Positions 57,793 through 64,000 of a DNA stretch of 64,000 nucleotides are shown piece after piece. The stretch comes from Alphaproteobacteria bacterium (GTDB lineage: Bacteria > Pseudomonadota > Alphaproteobacteria > SP197), in NCBI GenBank assembly GCA_965228895.1, contig OZ245842.1, positions 5,464,409 to 5,528,408 of the forward strand, in the 5' to 3' direction. The notes under the pieces were generated by a model, which was given only the letters and a program-made list of their open reading frames with translations, was not told where the DNA came from and did not search any database. The first letter of the stretch is position 1. Every line of letters begins with the position of its first letter. Made by a program: the position numbers and the translations under genes.

Positions 57793-58431
57793 ATGGCAAC
57801 CGCCAAATCATCCGAAAGGGCGCCCAAATTCACCCGCGAAGCGCGCAACGTCCGCCGTCAGGCGCTGATCGACGCCACCCGTCGCTGCATGGCGCGTGAC
57901 GGTGGCGAGGGCGCGACCGTGCGCCGGATCTGCGAGGAGGCCGGCGTGTCGCCTGGCCTGTTGCGCCATCACTTCGACGGTAAGGACGACCTGATGGCCG
58001 CGACCTATCGCGCCATGGTTTTCGAGCTTGCCGATGCCACGCGCGCGCTGATCGAACGCACCGATCTGCCGGCGCGCGAGCGCCTGTCGCGTATGATCGA
58101 CATCACCCTGCGCCCGCCGCTCGCGGCACCGGAGCGCCGGCGTGTGCAGATCGCGTTCTGGGACCTCGTGCCGCGCAATCCGATGATCGCGAGGACTCAC
58201 AGCAAGCTCTACGGCGACTACCGGCGCGATCTCGCGCGCATGATTGCCGAGGCCGCGTCAGCCGACGGTGTCGAGGTCGACGCACGTCGCGTGGCGCGGG
58301 ATCTCACCGCGTTGCTCGACGGCTTGTGGCTGCAGATGTGCCTGGAACCAAAGATTTTTTCCGCCAAATCGGCGCACGCTGCGTGCTGCCGCATGCTGGG
58401 CCAGCATCTGCCCGGTTTCGCCAATGCTTGA
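57793..58431 (+). CDS. TetR family regulator with BetI-like C-terminal domain
   Basis: TVRRICEEAGVSPGLLRHHFDGKDDL HTH; ALLDGLWL. Confidence 0.88.
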   Translation: MATAKSSERAPKFTREARNVRRQALIDATRRCMARDGGEGATVRRICEEAGVSPGLLRHHFDGKDDLMAATYRAMVFELADATRALIERTDLPARERLSRMIDITLRPPLAAPERRRVQIAFWDLVPRNPMIARTHSKLYGDYRRDLARMIAEAASADGVEVDARRVARDLTALLDGLWLQMCLEPKIFSAKSAHAACCRMLGQHLPGFANA

Positions 58432-58436
58432 TCTTT

Positions 58437-58460
58437 CTTATTGTACGATCGTAAAATAAG
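58437..58460. promoter_or_regulatory. palindromic operator candidate for the BetI-like regulator
   Basis: CTTATTGTACGA/TCGTAAAATAAG 24-bp palindrome with one mismatch, 40 nt upstream of the LLM gene. Confidence 0.65.
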
Positions 58461-58500
58461 AACTATAGCCGGACCAGACATCGTCACGAGAGGTTGAGCC

Positions 58501-59544
58501 ATGGTTCAGTTCAACGTGTTTTTGTCCTGCCATCATTTCAGCGACCCGCGCAGCCATACCGAGCTTTACCGGGACATGCTGGCGCAGGCGCGCCATGCCG
58601 AGGCGCTCGGCTATGACGGCCTTTCGGTGCCGGAGCATCATTTCGTCAACGTGTTGATGAACCCGGATCCGCTGATGCTGGCGCTTCAGGTCGCCAACGT
58701 GACCGAGCGGCTGCCGATCGCCACCGCCGTTGTCGTGCTGCCGTTCCACGACATGCGCCGTTTTGCTGGCCAGGCCATGCTGGCCGACATCCTGTCGGAG
58801 GGCAGGATCGAACTGGGTGTCGGGCGCGGCGCCTTCGCCTACGAGATGCAGCGCATGGGCGTCGACCCGGCGGAGACGCGCGACCGCTTCGACGAATCGC
58901 TCGCGGTTCTGGAAGCCTTGTTCGAACGCGAGGAGGTCTCCTGGGACGGCACGTACTACAAGTTCGATTCGCTGACCGCCATGCCGCGTTCGCCGCACAA
59001 ACCGAACATCTGGATCGCGGCGCTGGGACCCGAGGCGATCTATCACACCGCGCGCAAGGGCTATGACGTCCAGACGACGCCGTTGCGCGGCGGCTATCCG
59101 TTGGGCGTCAAGCAGATGGAGGCGTTCCACCGCGGCGCCGACGAGGCGCTGGAGGCGACCGGCAAACGCCCGCGCATGTCGATGCTGCGTTCGGCCTATG
59201 TCGCGACCGACGAGGCGGATGCCCAGGCCAAGCGCGAGGTCGTCTACGAATACGGCCTGCGCTTCACCAACGGATTCGAGACGCCGGGCACGGTCAAGAA
59301 CGGTTCGCTGGAGATCATCGAGGTCGACTACGAGATGGAAGACGCGATGAAGCAACTCATTGTCGGCACCAAGGACGAGATCGTCGACAAGATCGGCGCT
59401 TATGTGGCGCTCGGCATGGACGAGATCGCGCTCGACATGCATCTGGGCATTGCAAGCCACCAGGACGTCATGGACTCCATGGAACGTTTTGCCGCCGACG
59501 TCATGCCCCTGTTCCGTGACGCCAAGCTTGCGGTCGGCGCTTAA
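58501..59544 (+). CDS. LLM class (luciferase-like) flavin-dependent oxidoreductase
   Basis: AEALGYD, EHHF, DILSEGRIELGVGRG, SMERFAADVMP. Confidence 0.92.
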   Translation: MVQFNVFLSCHHFSDPRSHTELYRDMLAQARHAEALGYDGLSVPEHHFVNVLMNPDPLMLALQVANVTERLPIATAVVVLPFHDMRRFAGQAMLADILSEGRIELGVGRGAFAYEMQRMGVDPAETRDRFDESLAVLEALFEREEVSWDGTYYKFDSLTAMPRSPHKPNIWIAALGPEAIYHTARKGYDVQTTPLRGGYPLGVKQMEAFHRGADEALEATGKRPRMSMLRSAYVATDEADAQAKREVVYEYGLRFTNGFETPGTVKNGSLEIIEVDYEMEDAMKQLIVGTKDEIVDKIGAYVALGMDEIALDMHLGIASHQDVMDSMERFAADVMPLFRDAKLAVGA

Positions 59545-59555
59545 GGAGATCCGGA

Positions 59556-60329
59556 ATGGCCGCTGTCGATTGTGTTCATTCAGTCGAAGGCGCCGGGCCG
59601 CCGGTGTTGATGGTGCACGGTATCGGCTCGCGCCGGTCCGGCTGGGACGCGATCGTCGAGCGGCTGAAGGACGACTTCACCTGCATCCGATACGACCTGC
59701 GCGGCCACGGCGAATCGCCGGTGCCGCCGACGCCTTACTCTCTGGACGAGCTGGTCGAGGATCTGGAGGCCTTGCGCGCCAAGCTCGGCATCGAGAAGGC
59801 CCACGTCATCGGCCATTCCCTGGGCGGCATGATCGGCCCGGCCTATGCGCGGACTTTTCCCGAGCGCGTTTTGTCGCTCGGCCTCCTGTCGACGGCGGCA
59901 GGGCGCACCGCCGATGACGCCGCCAAGGTGAAGGGCGTCATCACTGCGATGGAGCGCGACGGTATTCCCGACATCCTGGAAACCCTGACCGACCGCTGGT
60001 TCACCGACGATTTCATGCGCGATCACGCCGACGCGGTGAAGGCCAGGTTGCAGGAGGTCACCGACACGCCGGCCGATGTCTTCCTCGCCGTCTTCCGTAT
60101 CTACGCGGCGACCGAGATGGGGCCGTGGCTCAACCAGATCAACACGCCGTCACTGGTGTTGACCGGCGAGCTCGACGGCGGCTGCAACCCACGCCTCAAT
60201 CAGTTTATTGCCGATCAGCTGCCGGACTCCGAACTCGTCATCATCCCGGACTATAAACACGCGATCCTCAAGGAAGCTGCAGATCAGGTCGCCGACAACG
60301 TACGCCGTTTCTTGAAGGCGCATACCTGA
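59556..60329 (+). CDS. alpha/beta hydrolase (PcaD enol-lactonase-like)
   Basis: HGIG, YDLRGHGES, GHSLGG, GELD, KH. Confidence 0.88.
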   Translation: MAAVDCVHSVEGAGPPVLMVHGIGSRRSGWDAIVERLKDDFTCIRYDLRGHGESPVPPTPYSLDELVEDLEALRAKLGIEKAHVIGHSLGGMIGPAYARTFPERVLSLGLLSTAAGRTADDAAKVKGVITAMERDGIPDILETLTDRWFTDDFMRDHADAVKARLQEVTDTPADVFLAVFRIYAATEMGPWLNQINTPSLVLTGELDGGCNPRLNQFIADQLPDSELVIIPDYKHAILKEAADQVADNVRRFLKAHT

Positions 60330-60337
60330 CGCTCACA

Positions 60338-62353
60338 TCAGCCGCGTGTCAGAACCAGATTGTGGTTGTCGTCGAGCTTGGCGGTCCAGCCTTCCGGGAT
60401 CGAGATGGTCGAGGTCGTGTCTTCCAACAGGTAGGGACCGTCGAGACTGTCGCCGGGCTTCATGGCGGCGCGTGATCCCGCCTGACCCTGATGCTCGCGG
60501 CCGTGTTCCCAGATCGTCCAGGCCGTCGCCGGAGCGGATGGCGCGTCGGTTTCTTCCGACAACACCGGGATGTCGTCGAGCGGCGCGGTGACGCCGAGCC
60601 GGAAGGCGACGATCTCGATCGGATTGCCGGCATCGCCGCCATGCATGAAGACCCGGTGGTGTTCGTCGGCAAAGAGTTGGCGCAGGGCATCGCCGGTTAA
60701 GGCGTCCAGGCTGCGATGGTCGATCTCGACCGCGACCTCGAAGGCCTGGCCGACAAAACGCATGTCGGCGATGAAGGTGAGCTCGGGATCGTGGCCCAGC
60801 CCCATCAAGACGAACCGCTCGACAGCCCGCTTGCGCATTTCCTCGAACACCTCGGCGACGGCGGCGGGTGTCGTGTCATCGACCAGCATCTTGCGTGTCG
60901 TTGAATCGAACTGGCGGTAGTCGGCGGCGATCAGACCATAAGCTGAAAGCACGCCCGCGTTGGGCGGCACGACCACGGTGCCGACACCGAGATCCTCTGC
61001 GATGCGGCAGGCGTGCAGCGGCCCGGCGCCGCCAAAGGCGACCATGGCGTAGTCGCGCGGGTCCTTGCCGCGTTCGGTCGAGATGATCTGCATGGCGCGC
61101 ACGATATTGGCATCGGCGACGCGGATCGCGCTGTCGGCGATCTCCTGGAGCGACATGGAAAACCGTTCGGCGAGCGGCTCAAACGCGCGCGCCGAGGCCG
61201 CTTCGTCGATCGCCATGCGCCCGCCGAGGAACGCATCGGGCCTCAGCGTCTTGCGCAGCACATGGGCGTCTGTGATGGTCGGCTCGGTGCCGCCGCGCCC
61301 ATAGCAGGCCGGGCCCGGATCGGCACCGGCGCTTTGCGGGCCCGCGCGCAGCATGCCGCCATCGTCGACCCAGATGATCGAGCCGCCGCCCGCACCCACC
61401 GTGTTGATGTCGATGATCGGCGTCCTGATCGGCAGACCGTCGAGCGCGAACTCCGACGTCAGGTCCGGCTGGCCCCCGGTCACCAGGCAGACATCGGTCG
61501 AGGTGCCGCCCATGTCGAAGGTGATGAGGTCATGGAAACCCGAACGCCCGGCCTGGCGCACCGCGCCCATGACACCGGCGGCCGGTCCCGACAGCAACGC
61601 GGTGATCGCGTTGCGCCGCATGCCGTCGGCCGGCAAACGCCCGCCGTTCGACTGCATGACCGAAAAGCGGCCCTTGAAGCCGCCGCCGTTGAGCCGGTCT
61701 TCGAAGCGTTCGAGATAGTGGTTGATGACCGGTTGCACATAGGCCGAGAGCGTCGTCGTCGAGGCGCGCTCGTATTCCCGAAACTCGCGGCTGACGGCAG
61801 ACGAGCAGGCGATCTGAACGTCCTGGCAATGGCGCGCGATAAGCCCGGCAAGCTGTTCCTCGTGCGCCGGGTTGGCATAGGCGTTGACCAGGCAGATTGC
61901 GACCGCCTCATAGCCGCCTTCCTTCAGCTTCGGAATGAGCTCGTCGACGACAGCCTGTTCGTCGAGCGCCGTCTCGACGCCGCCGTCGGCCAGCAGTCGC
62001 TCGGCGACCTCGAAGCTGTCGCGCCGACGCACCACCGGCTCGGGCTTTTGATAGGTGAGGTCATAGACGCGCGAGCGGCTATGGCGCTGCATGATCAGGA
62101 TGTCGCGAAAGCCTTTGGTGGTGACAAAGGCGACCTTCGCGCCCTTCCTCTCCAGCACCGCGTTGGTCGCGATGGTCGACCCGTGGGCCAGATCCTCGAC
62201 CGCGCCCAGATCAAGTTCGGCGGCGACCAGTGCGTTGAACGCACCTTCGTCGGGTGCGGCCGGCACGCTCGGCACTTTCGTCACTTTGATCCCGTCCGGC
62301 CCGACCGCCACCAGATCGGTAAACGTACCGCCCACTTCCACACCGACGCGCAT
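60338..62353 (-). CDS. hydantoinase/oxoprolinase family, ATP-binding A subunit
   Basis: EVGGTFTD, HGSTIATNA, SGPAAG, DMGGTSTD, VGAGGGSI, FGGAGPLHA. Confidence 0.93.
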   Translation of the reverse strand: MRVGVEVGGTFTDLVAVGPDGIKVTKVPSVPAAPDEGAFNALVAAELDLGAVEDLAHGSTIATNAVLERKGAKVAFVTTKGFRDILIMQRHSRSRVYDLTYQKPEPVVRRRDSFEVAERLLADGGVETALDEQAVVDELIPKLKEGGYEAVAICLVNAYANPAHEEQLAGLIARHCQDVQIACSSAVSREFREYERASTTTLSAYVQPVINHYLERFEDRLNGGGFKGRFSVMQSNGGRLPADGMRRNAITALLSGPAAGVMGAVRQAGRSGFHDLITFDMGGTSTDVCLVTGGQPDLTSEFALDGLPIRTPIIDINTVGAGGGSIIWVDDGGMLRAGPQSAGADPGPACYGRGGTEPTITDAHVLRKTLRPDAFLGGRMAIDEAASARAFEPLAERFSMSLQEIADSAIRVADANIVRAMQIISTERGKDPRDYAMVAFGGAGPLHACRIAEDLGVGTVVVPPNAGVLSAYGLIAADYRQFDSTTRKMLVDDTTPAAVAEVFEEMRKRAVERFVLMGLGHDPELTFIADMRFVGQAFEVAVEIDHRSLDALTGDALRQLFADEHHRVFMHGGDAGNPIEIVAFRLGVTAPLDDIPVLSEETDAPSAPATAWTIWEHGREHQGQAGSRAAMKPGDSLDGPYLLEDTTSTISIPEGWTAKLDDNHNLVLTRG

Positions 62354-62413
62354 GCTGTATCCCCGGAGTTATCGTTGGCGCGAGCTTAAGGGGGAATGGC
62401 TGGGACGGGAAGG

Positions 62414-63874
62414 TTAGGGGAGGTAACAGCGGGGGTCGTAGAGGCCCGATTCGACTCCAGGGGGATCGAGTGCGAGATCCCACGCATCCATGAAGGCATC
62501 CATGTCGGTGTAGTCCATCATGATGGAGGCGCGTTCCGAGTAGAGAATGTATCCCAAGACGCGTTTCTGAGAACTCTCCGGCCAGTCGGGCAGAAGCTCG
62601 ATAGCGCTGTCCCAAGCAGCCAACCATTCGTCTCTGGTAACGTCGCCTTCGCCATACATCACCGCTTGGAGAATCAATGCGTAGGTATACCGCGCAAAAA
62701 AGTCATCCGCACCCAGAGCGATGGCGCGTTCGATTGTCGCTAACCAAGCCTCAGGCTTGTAGTAACTTCGAACGGCATTCGGCAATCCGAACCGATAGGC
62801 TAGCGGGTCGCGCACATCGGCCCGGTTATGCCGGGCCCAAAAATCCCTCATGAGCGCCCAATAGGCGGGACTCTCTGGGATATCTTGTTTGATTTTCGCG
62901 GCCAAAACCAACAGTTCGGCGGAGTCCGGTTCAAACTCGAGTGCGGTATCCAGATCTCTCAATGCCAGGGCTGCACCACCGCTGGCCGCAAACAACAACG
63001 CACGCTCTCGCAGGGCATCGGTGTCTTCTGGATTCTCACTCAGCACCGCCTGTAGCTCTGGAAGTGATCGCGGTATCGGCCCGTATGCATAAAGCTCCGG
63101 CCGCAAGAGCATGTCGTACTGCCTCATCAGTTCGCCGTCGAAGCCACGCTTCATTCCCCAGAGGCAGAAGACTGCGTTGGGATCGGCTTCCATAGCGCGG
63201 GTGTAGTAGATCGCAGCGCGGAACCAGTCGCCCCCCTTTTGGGCATCGCTCATCTGCTGCAGGTGATTGAGGACTGCGTCATCAAACTCCCGGCGTGTTC
63301 TGTTCAATGAGGTCGATGTGTCGGGTTCCTGTGTGAACTCTCGATTGGCCTGTGCCCAGGCAATAGCGCTCTCGTCGTATCGGACGATGGCGCAAGCGTG
63401 CTCCAGCGCCTTTTCAAGCTGATCCTGGTAACCCATCCTGACCAGGACATCAGAACACCCCTGGATGGCGGCCATGTTCTGGGGATCGAGTTTGAGCACT
63501 CTGCGATAGTCGATACGTGCACCTTCCAGCGATCCGCTTTTGGCAAAGGCAGCAGCGCGCGCCAACCATGTCGCAGTGTCCGTCGGGTCAAGGCGTGATG
63601 CGCGGGTGAGATCGGGAATGGCCTCGCGGTAGAGACCGGAGTCGCTGTAGGCAATGCCCCTTCCGCGATAGGCCGCGGCAAGATCAAGATCGTCGAGGTC
63701 GCCGCCGTCAATAGTCACCGCGCAAGCATCGATGCGCTCGTGCGGTGCGGTACCGCGATCCAGGCAGGTGTCCAAGCTGGCCAATGCGGGCGTCGTCATA
63801 CAGCAGATGGCGAGGACGAGCACGCCGAGACATCCGGTTGTTTGCCTAAACCCAAGAACTAGGAATGCACGCAT
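62414..63874 (-). CDS. secreted TPR-repeat protein, hypothetical
   Basis: Signal-peptide-like N-terminus, TPR repeats (AYRGRGIAY...ASRLDP); more A/T-ending codons than neighbouring genes. Confidence 0.7.
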   Translation of the reverse strand: MRAFLVLGFRQTTGCLGVLVLAICCMTTPALASLDTCLDRGTAPHERIDACAVTIDGGDLDDLDLAAAYRGRGIAYSDSGLYREAIPDLTRASRLDPTDTATWLARAAAFAKSGSLEGARIDYRRVLKLDPQNMAAIQGCSDVLVRMGYQDQLEKALEHACAIVRYDESAIAWAQANREFTQEPDTSTSLNRTRREFDDAVLNHLQQMSDAQKGGDWFRAAIYYTRAMEADPNAVFCLWGMKRGFDGELMRQYDMLLRPELYAYGPIPRSLPELQAVLSENPEDTDALRERALLFAASGGAALALRDLDTALEFEPDSAELLVLAAKIKQDIPESPAYWALMRDFWARHNRADVRDPLAYRFGLPNAVRSYYKPEAWLATIERAIALGADDFFARYTYALILQAVMYGEGDVTRDEWLAAWDSAIELLPDWPESSQKRVLGYILYSERASIMMDYTDMDAFMDAWDLALDPPGVESGLYDPRCYLP

Positions 63875-63935
63875 AGACCGATTGTATCACAGGTTGATAC
63901 AACCTTGACTTACACCAAAGACGTACCCCTGGGGC

Positions 63936-64000
63936 CTAGCCGCCCGCCGGCTCCAACAGCTCCGGCAGCGCCTGAATGATGCGGTCCGGTTTCACGTCGC
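63936..64000 (-). CDS. 3' end of a gene entering from the right edge, possibly a HAD-family hydrolase
   Basis: Minus strand reads DVKPDRIIQALPELLEPAGG*; PDxxIxxLxEL resembles HAD C-termini. Confidence 0.45.
   Translation of the reverse strand, partial: DVKPDRIIQALPELLEPAGG

Noticed and set aside
837-62389. Many long antisense or alternate-frame ORFs (for example 837-2132, 17391-18938, 40050-41828, 56000-57868, 61013-62389)
   Set aside because: They are shadows of well-supported genes, expected in high-GC DNA, and carry no recognisable motifs.

Overview
A GC-rich, gene-dense chromosomal window that looks alphaproteobacterial (Rhodospirillales-like gene content, inferred from the ybbN-LON_N-trm112-DUF971 block, DUF1491, SCO, NnrU and ATM1). 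It holds about 60 CDSs, mostly catabolic or accessory enzymes, plus pepN, cfa and tRNA-Gly(GCC). I found no CRISPR array, rRNA, prophage or transposase. Most notable: (1) a close-looking homolog of the nylon oligomer endo-hydrolase NylC, coupled to pepN, with the catalytic Lys position changed to Asn; (2) a four-gene cassette pairing a PAPS-dependent sulfotransferase with a membrane-anchored arylsulfotransferase and two small membrane proteins, possibly a sulfate relay; (3) two unannotated multi-hairpin non-coding regions converging on a DUF1491 gene, one with its own terminator and C-rich loops; (4) four ~64-bp CTAG/TAGAGC-ended palindromic elements with covarying stems, two of which supply stop codons; (5) two hydantoinase/oxoprolinase loci, one with tandem duplicated B subunits split from the A subunit by an inverted TetR-LLM-hydrolase block; (6) a TPR-2OG oxygenase and TPR-SGNH gene pair; (7) two +1 homopolymer frameshifts that are probably assembly errors. 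All family calls come from motif recognition, without database searches.
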